From IMG/VR virus record IMGVR_UViG_3300045988_183115: a stretch of 64,000 bases of DNA; one strand, given 5' to 3'. The DNA comes from a virus. Numbering within the stretch: position 1 is the first letter of the stretch; the number at the start of each line of letters is the position of its first letter. Below the pieces are notes generated by a model. The model did not search any database, was not told the DNA's origin, and saw only the letters and a program-made list of their open reading frames with translations. A program made the position numbers and the translations under genes. Positions 51,702 to 60,100 of the stretch are shown in pieces.

Positions 51702-52006
51702 TGGTAACTTTTATTAGAACATATGAATCCGGTCCATGGATAATAGATGAATACGATAATAAAACATATAAAATTCTATTAAGAAGAGATTCAAGAACAG
51801 GTAAAGTCATAAGATTCTTTTTTACTCCAAAGATTCCATATTATGATATTGAAATTAAAACCATAAAAGATGATTTTTATATTAGTATTACTGGTAATGT
51901 TTCATATGATATCAATGATATCGATAAATTAAAAGACAGAATAGATTATGCTAAAAATTTGATCACTTATATAAAAGAAAATATATGTAACAAGTATTCT
52001 TTTTAA
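51701..52006 (+). CDS. hypothetical protein
   Basis: 101-aa ORF. ATGG overlaps the upstream stop (translational coupling). Confidence 0.5.
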   Translation: MVTFIRTYESGPWIIDEYDNKTYKILLRRDSRTGKVIRFFFTPKIPYYDIEIKTIKDDFYISITGNVSYDINDIDKLKDRIDYAKNLITYIKENICNKYSF

Positions 52007-52013
52007 TATTCAT

Positions 52014-52043
52014 GCAAGCGTCCAAAATTGGACGCTTTTTTTA
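52014..52043 (+). terminator. rho-independent terminator
   Basis: AAGCGTCCAAAATTGGACGCTTTTTTTAA, perfect 7-bp stem. Confidence 0.8.
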
Positions 52044-52061
52044 ATTTTCTGTCATAAATTA
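52044..52061 (+). promoter_or_regulatory. conserved promoter-like motif
   Basis: TTTTCTGTCATAAATTAT lies ~38 nt upstream of 52093. Confidence 0.55.
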
Positions 52062-52092
52062 TATAGTTATGAATTGAAAGGAGAAATTTAAA

Positions 52093-53778
52093 ATGAATAA
52101 AACAGGTATTGAAGATTTAATAGCAATGAATGCTTTATATCGTCCTGGCCCTGAAAAGTTTATACCTGATTTCATAGAAGGTAAAAAGGATGCATCTAAG
52201 ATTAAATATTTATGTCCTCAATTAGAGCCAATTCTGTCAACTACTTATGGACAGATAGTTTATCAGGAACAGGTAATGCAGATTGTTCGTGATTTAGCAG
52301 GATATACATGGGGGCGTTCTGATTTAGTCCGTAGAGCTATGTCAAAAAAACATCAGGATGAAATTGATGCTGAAAGACACACTTTTGTATATGGTAATGC
52401 TGATACTAAAAAAGAAAATGAAGCATTAGTACCAGGATGTATTGCAAATGGAATACCAGAAGAAATTGCTCATAAAATCTGGGATGCGATGGTTGACTTT
52501 GCTAAGTATGCGTTTAATAAGTCACATGCCACTGCTTATGCTGTTACATCATATTGGACAGCTTTTCTTAAGTATTATTATCCGGCTTATTATCTTACAA
52601 ATGTAATAAATCATACTGATAAGATTGATGAAGTCGCTGATGATATTAGTGATGCCCTTGATTTTGGAGTAAAGGTATTGCCTCCGGACATTAATGCTTC
52701 AAATTTACATTGTGATGTTGTAGATGGGAACATTTTGTATGGTCTGAGTAATATTAAGAATGTTGGATCAGAAGCAGCTAAAATTATTGAAGATAGAAAT
52801 GTTAATGGAGAATATTCTGATATTAAGGATTTTATCAAACGAACAAATATTAATGCAGAAGCATTAAGTTCCTTAATTAAAGCAGGTGCTTTCGATTGCC
52901 TTGGTTATACAAGAACAATGATATCATTAGATATGATTTGTATGAAAGAAATTCAGGATACAATTAAGAAAATCAGAGAGAAGAGTAAGTTTATTGAAAA
53001 CGCAAGTAAAGTTATTGAATTTGTGGAAGATTATATTGATCTTGATGAGTTTAAGGAAAGAATTTCAGAAGAAAATATTTCCTTTCAAGTTACTTCAAAA
53101 AAGATGCCAACTAAGGATTCCATAATTAAACGTATCAATTCAGCTAAGACAGTTATAGAAAGCTTAGAAGATGATCTTGAAAATATAGATATTGATTATG
53201 TAGAAGATGATTTAGGTCAGATTCTAAATGATGAAAAAGAAGTGTTAGGTGTTTATATTACAGGGCATCCAATTGATGAGTATAATATTTATACAGATCC
53301 CATTTCTGATATTTCAACAGAAGTTAACGATGTATCTGGTATAATTAAAAATCTTGTTGTAAGAAAGGATAGAAATGGATACGAATGGGTAACTTTTGAG
53401 GTAGAAGATAAAACAGGTTCTATTAATGGTGTATGTTTTTCTAAAGATTATGCAAATATTAGAGACTTACTTGTTAATGATGCTAAATTATGTTTATCAG
53501 GAAAAATTCAAGTAGATGATTTTAGATCTTCAGATGACGAAACTGTATATCAGATTATTGTTAAGTCTGTTAAACCTTTAAAGAAAAATAAGTCTTCATA
53601 CAGATTTATATGTACTGTTTCCGAAGTAAACGATGTTCTTGATTCTATTAATGAATATCTGGTAGATAATGACGGGGATTATTTATATTGGCTTGATTCA
53701 ACAACCGGAATTGAACATTTATGCAAGAAATTCATTAACCCTGATATGTCAGCACCTTCAATAGTACGCAAATGCTAA
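52093..53778 (+). CDS. dnaE: DNA polymerase III alpha (DnaE-type), C-terminal piece (fingers, beta-clamp-binding, OB-fold region), separately expressed
   Basis: EDLIAMNALYRPGPEKFIPDFIEGKKD continues E. coli DnaE (FEDMIALVALFRPGPLQ) directly after the end of exon 2. Further matches include YQEQVMQIVRDLAGYTWGRSDLVRRAMSKK. The C-terminal OB-like part includes VVRKDRNGYEWVTFEVED. Confidence 0.8.
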   Translation: MNKTGIEDLIAMNALYRPGPEKFIPDFIEGKKDASKIKYLCPQLEPILSTTYGQIVYQEQVMQIVRDLAGYTWGRSDLVRRAMSKKHQDEIDAERHTFVYGNADTKKENEALVPGCIANGIPEEIAHKIWDAMVDFAKYAFNKSHATAYAVTSYWTAFLKYYYPAYYLTNVINHTDKIDEVADDISDALDFGVKVLPPDINASNLHCDVVDGNILYGLSNIKNVGSEAAKIIEDRNVNGEYSDIKDFIKRTNINAEALSSLIKAGAFDCLGYTRTMISLDMICMKEIQDTIKKIREKSKFIENASKVIEFVEDYIDLDEFKERISEENISFQVTSKKMPTKDSIIKRINSAKTVIESLEDDLENIDIDYVEDDLGQILNDEKEVLGVYITGHPIDEYNIYTDPISDISTEVNDVSGIIKNLVVRKDRNGYEWVTFEVEDKTGSINGVCFSKDYANIRDLLVNDAKLCLSGKIQVDDFRSSDDETVYQIIVKSVKPLKKNKSSYRFICTVSEVNDVLDSINEYLVDNDGDYLYWLDSTTGIEHLCKKFINPDMSAPSIVRKC

Positions 53779-53800
53779 TTTAATATTTATTTTATGTTTT

Positions 53801-53829
53801 ACCGCTGTTTATTGCAGCGGTATTTTTTT
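53801..53829 (+). terminator. rho-independent terminator
   Basis: ACCGCTGTTTATTGCAGCGGTATTTTTTT. Confidence 0.85.
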
Positions 53830-53848
53830 ATGTAAAGATTTTTAAAAT

Positions 53849-53866
53849 TGTATCTGTCATATATAT
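53849..53866 (+). promoter_or_regulatory. conserved promoter-like motif heading the CPBP-unknown-sigma operon
   Basis: ATTGTATCTGTCATATATAT lies ~30 nt upstream of 53891. Confidence 0.55.
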
Positions 53867-53890
53867 ATTAGAAAGGTTGGAGGAAAATAT

Positions 53891-54802
53891 ATGATACTTA
53901 GTAACAATAACAGTAATATTAAGGAATTAAGAAATAAAAAAAATAAGCATGATTTAAATTCTTATATGGATTTTATGGTGAAAAACAAAATGAAAAGTAA
54001 TTCTTTCTTTTCAAAATCAAAACAGTATATAAAGATTTTTATTCCATTTATTATTTCTGTTTTTATAATTTTATTTTCAATGTTTATTGCAACATTTATA
54101 GACAGTCTATTAAATATGTATATGAATGATGCAGGAGGAATTTCAACTAAAATAGATTATGAAGGATTTCGATTAATTTACACAATATCAACATATACAT
54201 TAATGTTTGTTATGTGCCTTATTTGTATAAAAAGCTCATTTTACAATTATAAAAAAGATTTGTTTATGAAAAATAAATTAGTAGTAAATTGGAATTTTGC
54301 ATTTTGTTTCATATTAATTTCTGTAATATTGCAGCTTATTTCAGGAATTCAAATGCATTTTGTAAATGTATCAGATATTGATTATGGAAGTTTAGGAATA
54401 AAAACAATTATATCTACAATAATAGCAACTTTTGTGGCACCTATTATTGAGGAATTGACTTTTAGATATATAATTTATGGCTATGCATATAAAGCAAGCA
54501 ACAATAAATTATGTGCAAATATAATCCAAGCAGTTTTATTTGGAATAATTCATTTTAATTTTATTTTATTCCCTATATATGCTTTTGGCGGATATTTGTT
54601 AGGTGCTGTAAGAGATAAATATGGTATTAAACTTAGCAGCTTATATCATATTCTAATAAACTGTGTGGCATTAATACCATTTACGTTTTTTATAACAAAT
54701 ATATATTTACAGGTATGCATTTTAATAGTCTGCATAATGAGTTTAATTTATTTTGTAATTAAGTGTTTTGAAAATATCAATATAGAAATTAAGGAGCAAT
54801 AA
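53891..54802 (+). CDS. CPBP (CAAX protease / Abi) family intramembrane metalloprotease, second copy
   Basis: Multi-TM protein with IIEELTFRYIIYG (EExxxR) and FGIIHFN (HxxxN). Paralogous to 36129..36995. Confidence 0.75.
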   Translation: MILSNNNSNIKELRNKKNKHDLNSYMDFMVKNKMKSNSFFSKSKQYIKIFIPFIISVFIILFSMFIATFIDSLLNMYMNDAGGISTKIDYEGFRLIYTISTYTLMFVMCLICIKSSFYNYKKDLFMKNKLVVNWNFAFCFILISVILQLISGIQMHFVNVSDIDYGSLGIKTIISTIIATFVAPIIEELTFRYIIYGYAYKASNNKLCANIIQAVLFGIIHFNFILFPIYAFGGYLLGAVRDKYGIKLSSLYHILINCVALIPFTFFITNIYLQVCILIVCIMSLIYFVIKCFENINIEIKEQ

Positions 54803-54805
54803 TTT

Positions 54806-55201
54806 ATGGAAACAAATATGAATAATGAATTAAAAAATAAGTCTATAAGTGATATCCTTGAAGCTTCTTCAACGGATTTATATGAATGGTATTTAATTAA
54901 TTTTAAGAAAGAAATTCCTAGATCAGATGAAATAGATTTATTGGAAATAGGAAATTTATTGAGTGAAGTAGGAAATTATTTTACCTATTTTTCCTCAATG
55001 CATTCTATTTTAGATTCAATGGTAAAAGAAATGAAATTACACAAAGAGTCTTCAGATAAATGTAAAGAGCTTATGATTAAACGAGATATATTAGGAACCT
55101 TTGAAGAGCAATCTAAATTTACATATAATGCAATTAGTAGAATATGTACAATGAAAATAGAAGCAAATAATGAATTAAAAATGCTAGGACATCAATGTTA
55201 A
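54806..55201 (+). CDS. hypothetical protein between CPBP protease and sigma factor
   Basis: 131-aa ORF starting 4 nt after the upstream stop. No recognizable motif. Confidence 0.55.
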   Translation: METNMNNELKNKSISDILEASSTDLYEWYLINFKKEIPRSDEIDLLEIGNLLSEVGNYFTYFSSMHSILDSMVKEMKLHKESSDKCKELMIKRDILGTFEEQSKFTYNAISRICTMKIEANNELKMLGHQC

Positions 55202-55213
55202 GAGGAGATTTTT

Positions 55214-56242
55214 ATGGCAGATAAGAATTTATTATTAAATAAAAAAAACAATAAAGATGAATATATTGATGAATTATTTGATACAAATAAACCAATAGAA
55301 AACATAAATATTTTATCAGAGGATAATTATACCGATATTTTAAATGATAAAGAGATTTTAAATGAAAAAGAGAAACTATTATTAGAAAATAATATAACTT
55401 ATTATATTAAATCATTCGCTGATTATCCGGTTTTATCCAAAGATGAAACTCTTAAATTATTTGAAGAGATAAAAAAACATCCTAAAAAGAAAAAAGAAAT
55501 AACCGAAAAATTGATTTTATCTAATATGCGTTTAGTCATCAGTATTGCTAAAGCTGTTACAGCTAAAACGCAAAGTTTTGAAATGGATGATTTATGTCAG
55601 GCCGGTATTTTCGGGTTATACAGAGCTATACAAATGTTTGATTATAAATTAGGATATGCATTTTCAACTTATGCAACTCATTGGATTAGACAGAGTATAT
55701 ATAGAGAATTAGCCAATTATGATTTATTAGTTAGATTCCCTGTACATGTAAGAGAACAGGATTCTTTTGTTAAGACTACATTTGTGGATTTAACTAATAA
55801 ACTTCAAAGAAAACCTACAATTGATGAATTATATGATGTAGTAAAACAAAGATATCCTCTTTTAACTAAAGAAATGCTTGTGCATATTCAGAGTTTTAAT
55901 GAATTGGTTTCATTAGATGCACCTATTCAAAGTGATGAAGGCCATGACGATTCATGTTTGGCTGATTATATAGAAGCTCCTGAACCTAAAGTTGAAGATA
56001 CGATTATTCAAAAAGAAATGAAAGAACTGCTTTGGAAAGAAGTTGAAGATTGTCTCACTCCTAGAGAATTATATGTAATTAAGGGTAGAATGGGATATGG
56101 CTCAAAAGTTAAAACTTTACAAGATATAGGTACTGAATGGAATGTATCCAGAGAACGAATCAGACAGATTGAATCAAAAGCAATAAAAAAGATTAGAGTT
56201 CGTTTCAGACGGAAAGGATATAGTATACAATCTTTTATGTAA
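55214..56242 (+). CDS. sigma-70 family RNA polymerase sigma factor
   Basis: Region 2 is NMRLVISIAKAV...DLCQAGIFGLYRAIQMFDYKLGYAFSTYATHWIRQSIYREL. Region 4 HTH is LQDIGTEWNVSRERIRQIESKAIKKIR. Confidence 0.85.
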   Translation: MADKNLLLNKKNNKDEYIDELFDTNKPIENINILSEDNYTDILNDKEILNEKEKLLLENNITYYIKSFADYPVLSKDETLKLFEEIKKHPKKKKEITEKLILSNMRLVISIAKAVTAKTQSFEMDDLCQAGIFGLYRAIQMFDYKLGYAFSTYATHWIRQSIYRELANYDLLVRFPVHVREQDSFVKTTFVDLTNKLQRKPTIDELYDVVKQRYPLLTKEMLVHIQSFNELVSLDAPIQSDEGHDDSCLADYIEAPEPKVEDTIIQKEMKELLWKEVEDCLTPRELYVIKGRMGYGSKVKTLQDIGTEWNVSRERIRQIESKAIKKIRVRFRRKGYSIQSFM

Positions 56243-57071
56243 TATATAAATAAAATGCAGTTATCAATAGGTAGCTGTATTTTTTTTATGATTACACTTC
56301 CTTTAAGTGTAATATGTCATACACCTTTTTTAGAACCTTTTTATTATTTTCTTTTCCATTGATACGCTTTTTATTATTAAAATATAAAAATTAGAGCCTT
56401 ATATAATACATTTGATTATTCCTTAATAGCGTTTTAAGACTTAATATAATAACCGCCAGAATATTATTAAGGATTAAAAGCGTATAACTATTATTGTCAT
56501 ATCCTTATACAATATCATTTATCAGCTTAATACATTTTGTGTTTATTTCCCTGGTAATTCCTTACCTGTCTCTAGCAAGCACTTCATTTATCCCAATTAA
56601 TGCCTTTAATACACTAATAAATAATATAATTCCCTCATATATAATATATGATAATTACAAAAATTATGATTACTAGATTCCTGTAAATCTATTCTTCGCC
56701 CTGCAAATGCCTTAGTAAGCCCAATAATCCCATTTCTATCTCCAATAGCTGCATTCTTATACACTAATTCTTTCTTATTTGCTCTTAGATCTATTTCCTT
56801 TACTCTATCATTCCTATATATGTTTCCAGTAATTCCATTAATTAACTTTAGTAAATAATAATTATATCCCATTAATCAGTTATATTTATTTTTCTCACTG
56901 ATCATACAGTCTATTGTACCCAATTAATCCATATATAATTGCTAATATTACCAATTATATGTTATCAAATTAACATTTTTTATCTCTTAAATCAGCATAT
57001 GATAACTACATCATGGTATTATTCTGACACATATAAGGCATTTTATTGGCTATGCAACGGATAATACATTA

Positions 57072-57328
57072 CTATATATTGTTATCATTATTACATTTAT
57101 GTATCAAATATTTAGCTATATATTGTTAATTTTATTACACAAATTTTTCTATTCTATAACATAATGTTGTTATTTTTAATGTATATTAAATCATATTTTA
57201 TATCTATATATTGTTATTATTTTTGTATCTTAGCTATATTTTAATAAATCTTAAATAACTATATATTGTTAATAAAGTTAACATATTAAACTAATATATA
57301 ACAATAAACGTACAATATATTGTTATTA
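57072..57328 (+). repeat. iteron-like direct repeats (5 copies of CTATATATTGTTAWT) within a 1.3-kb gene-free AT-rich region
   Basis: Copies at 57072, 57116, 57204, 57259 and 57316, plus a partial inverted copy near 57291. Spacing 44-88 bp. No ORF with an RBS in 56243..57523. Confidence 0.6.
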
Positions 57329-57474
57329 TTTTTTACAAGTGAAGGCATAGTATACCCAATAAAGTGCTTAGAAAAACACAAAAACGGGATATTTTAATAA
57401 ATAAAAGGCATTTACATTTAGTTGCTGTCTTATTTTAACACACATCAATTATTTTATGTAAAATAATAATTCAT

Positions 57475-57492
57475 TTTTTCTGTCATATTAAA
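57475..57492 (+). promoter_or_regulatory. conserved promoter-like motif
   Basis: TTTTTTCTGTCATATTAAA lies ~38 nt upstream of 57524. Confidence 0.55.
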
Positions 57493-57523
57493 AATATAAC
57501 TAAATAAAAGGAGAATTAATTAT

Positions 57524-58465
57524 ATGCAAAAAATGAATTACGAAAATTTTCTTAAACATCTTAAATTCGAATTACTTCAAAATATTGAAGATATTACACC
57601 AACAGATATAGTTTGCACATCAGATAAGCTTATTTTTCATTCTAAAAATCAGTTTATGTGTCCCTTAGAATTTAAATTAAATCAATTATATAAACAATAT
57701 TTAAATAATTCGTCAATAGAAGAAATTGCATTGTCAATATCTGAAGCATTTTATAGAAACAAAAATTCTAATGGTAGTGAATATAAACTTAATAATTTAG
57801 CTCCAGAAATTAATTTAAATGATATAAAACACTATATTATACCTCAATTAATACAAAAGCCGGACAATATGGAAGATTTAAGCGGTATTCCTCATAGGCC
57901 ATTTTATGAGTTCGAAATAATTTATAATGTGATCATACCTAAAGAAAATTCAGAAGGTACAATGTTTGTAATTGATAATAACTATATGAGAGACATACTG
58001 AAAATTGATGAAAACGAATTGTACAATCTTGCAATTCATTCAATATATTCCAACAAATATTTTATCAGTGTATTAGGTGATTATTTTTTGACGCAACTGG
58101 CAGATGATGATAATTATGAAAAAACAAAGAAAGAATTATTTTCTCTAAGTAATTCTGATGGGTTTGAGAGCAAATGTATTAAAGGAATATATGCAATTCA
58201 AAATATAATTGACTTTTATAACACAAGTGCAATTCTGAATAATAATTTGCTTAAGAATATTTCAGAGAAACTGAAAACAAATTTATACATTGTTCCTGTT
58301 ACAGCACATATTCTGTTGATATGTAAATACAATGAATTTACTCCTGAAGAAATTCAAATGGCATTAAAGATATTTGGTATTCAGGAAGAAGAAGATTATC
58401 TGAGTTCAGATATATTTATATTTAACAAAGAATCAGGTGAATTAAGTGAACTACCCACCACCTAA
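57524..58465 (+). CDS. hypothetical protein; stop codon overlaps the left-end hairpin of the IscB element
   Basis: 313-aa ORF with AAAGGAGAATTAA RBS. C-terminal codons ...ELPTT-stop lie within CCCACCACCTAAAGGTAGTGGG. Confidence 0.6.
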   Translation: MQKMNYENFLKHLKFELLQNIEDITPTDIVCTSDKLIFHSKNQFMCPLEFKLNQLYKQYLNNSSIEEIALSISEAFYRNKNSNGSEYKLNNLAPEINLNDIKHYIIPQLIQKPDNMEDLSGIPHRPFYEFEIIYNVIIPKENSEGTMFVIDNNYMRDILKIDENELYNLAIHSIYSNKYFISVLGDYFLTQLADDDNYEKTKKELFSLSNSDGFESKCIKGIYAIQNIIDFYNTSAILNNNLLKNISEKLKTNLYIVPVTAHILLICKYNEFTPEEIQMALKIFGIQEEEDYLSSDIFIFNKESGELSELPTT

Positions 58466-58737
58466 AGGTAGTGGGCTTCTGTTAAATGGTTCACCAGACT
58501 AAGTATTCAGAAATGGATACTACGATATTTAGGTTATGATACCTTCGGTTGACGCAACAGACCGTTGCTCTATCGTACATATTTAAGTTAGGTCAGAGTA
58601 AGAACAGCCTTGTGATATGTACATAAAAGCCTTTATATCATTGTCGAGTTGAAGTCGGAACAATCGTATGGTAAACAGTACGACAAAGTACGCATCACCT
58701 ACTATTAAGTAGAGTATTTATAAGGAGGAACTTATTT
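58466..58737 (+). ncRNA. putative IscB omega RNA scaffold (IS left-end region upstream of iscB)
   Basis: A 270-nt GC-enriched, ORF-free stretch lies immediately 5' of iscB and begins with an imperfect hairpin. This is the position where IscB omega RNAs are known to be encoded. No tRNA features. Confidence 0.5.
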
Positions 58738-59997
58738 ATGGTTTATGTGATTTCACAAGATGGTAAACCACTAATGCCCTGTAGTAACTCTATAGCAAGA
58801 TTGTTACTTAAACAAAGCAAAGCAAAAGTTAAGAAACGTGAGCCATTTACAATTAAATTGACTTATGAAACAACAAATTACACTCAAGACTTAACTCTTG
58901 GTGTAGATACCGGAAGCGGAACTATTGGCACTTCTGTAAGCAAAGACAATGGAGATATTATCTATATGTCGGAAGTTGTTATAAGAAACGACATTACCGG
59001 CAAAATGACACAAAGAGCAAAGTATCGTAGAAACAGACGAAATCGTAAAGCTCGTTATAGAAAAGCAAGATGGTTAAATCGTGCTAATTCTATTAAGAAT
59101 GATAGATTTAGCCCTACGATGCAGAGTAAGCTTCATAGTCATGTTAAAGAGATAAAATATATTAAATTTATTCTTCCGATTACAGAAATGGTATTTGAGA
59201 CAGGTCAGTTTGATACTCACCTTATGAAAAATCCAAATCTTGCTAATCCTAAAATTAAACATTGGGGTTATCAGAAAGGTATTAATTATGGGTTTGAGAA
59301 TACCAAAGCGATGGTTCTTAATCGAGATAATTATACTTGTCAATATTGTAAAGGCAAACATAAGGATAGTAAGTTAGAAGTTCATCATATTTTATTTCGT
59401 AGTCAGGGGGGTTCTGATGAAGAAAGTAATCTAATTACTCTGTGTCATACCTGTCATAAAGATTTACATAGTGGAAAAATTAACCCCAAATTGAGTGGTA
59501 AAGTTAAAGGTAATCTTAAATATGCCACACAGATGAACTCTATTCGTAAACAGCTTTTTAAATTATATCCAGATGCAGTTGAGACCTTCGGATATGTGAC
59601 AAAAGCTAACCGTTTGCTTCTTGGCATTGACAAAGAACATTATTATGATGCCTGTACGATTGCAACACAAGGCAATATATTTACTGTAAAATCCAACCTT
59701 TACAAAAAGAAATGCATTTCAGATGGTGATTTTCAAAAAACAAAAGGGATTCGTTCAGAACAGCCTATTATCACTGATAAGATTTGTGGCTTTAGAAAAT
59801 TTGACAAAGTTCGATACTTTGGAAACAAATATTTTATCAAGGGTAGAATGTCCACTGGATATGCAGTTCTCATGGATATAGATGGTAACAAGGTTGATTT
59901 TTCGGCAATGCCAAAAGGATACAAGACACCTAAATTGAGTAATTGTAAACGCATAATGGCAAGGTCAACTGAAATGATACAGACCTTGGTAATTTAA
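58738..59997 (+). CDS. iscB: IscB RNA-guided endonuclease (PLMP domain, split RuvC with inserted HNH)
   Basis: PLMP motif is QDGKPLMPC. RuvC-I is LTLGVDTGSGTIGTSV. Arg-rich bridge helix is RAKYRRNRRNRKARYRKARW. RuvC-II glutamate is in ITEMVFETGQFD. HNH is CQYCKGK...HHILFRSQGG...NLITLCHTCH. RuvC-III is EHYYDACTIA. Length 419 aa. Confidence 0.8.
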   Translation: MVYVISQDGKPLMPCSNSIARLLLKQSKAKVKKREPFTIKLTYETTNYTQDLTLGVDTGSGTIGTSVSKDNGDIIYMSEVVIRNDITGKMTQRAKYRRNRRNRKARYRKARWLNRANSIKNDRFSPTMQSKLHSHVKEIKYIKFILPITEMVFETGQFDTHLMKNPNLANPKIKHWGYQKGINYGFENTKAMVLNRDNYTCQYCKGKHKDSKLEVHHILFRSQGGSDEESNLITLCHTCHKDLHSGKINPKLSGKVKGNLKYATQMNSIRKQLFKLYPDAVETFGYVTKANRLLLGIDKEHYYDACTIATQGNIFTVKSNLYKKKCISDGDFQKTKGIRSEQPIITDKICGFRKFDKVRYFGNKYFIKGRMSTGYAVLMDIDGNKVDFSAMPKGYKTPKLSNCKRIMARSTEMIQTLVI

Positions 59998-60100
59998 CGC
60001 CATTCATTCCACGGTCTAAAGACCATGGGTTTTCTGGCTAAAACATTATAAAATAGAATAAACAATACAATATATATTAAAACAGAAAGGAAAGAGAAAG

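Larger units (their letters stand above)
58466..60035 (+). mobile_element. solo IscB-type IS200/IS605-family element (no tnpA), approximate boundaries
   Basis: Imperfect terminal hairpins at 58468..58490 (CCCACCACCTAAAGGTAGTGGG) and 60010..60030 (CCACGGTCTAAAGACCATGG). GC content is higher than the flanks. The conserved promoter motif does not recur after this point. Confidence 0.55.

Noticed and set aside
46544-52092. Intein or second group I/II intron joining dnaE exon 2 to the C-terminal piece
   Set aside because: Exon 2 ends with a genuine stop codon followed by a terminator. The gap contains four promoter-bearing transcription units encoding nine ORFs. There is no intein block A/B (Cys/Ser start, TxxH) or C-terminal HN, and no group II domain V-like sequence. 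It is treated as a split gene.
56257-56290. Terminator immediately after the sigma factor gene
   Set aside because: The T-run is present, but the preceding sequence (GCAGTTATCAATAGGTAGCTGTA) does not form a convincing stem, so it was not annotated.
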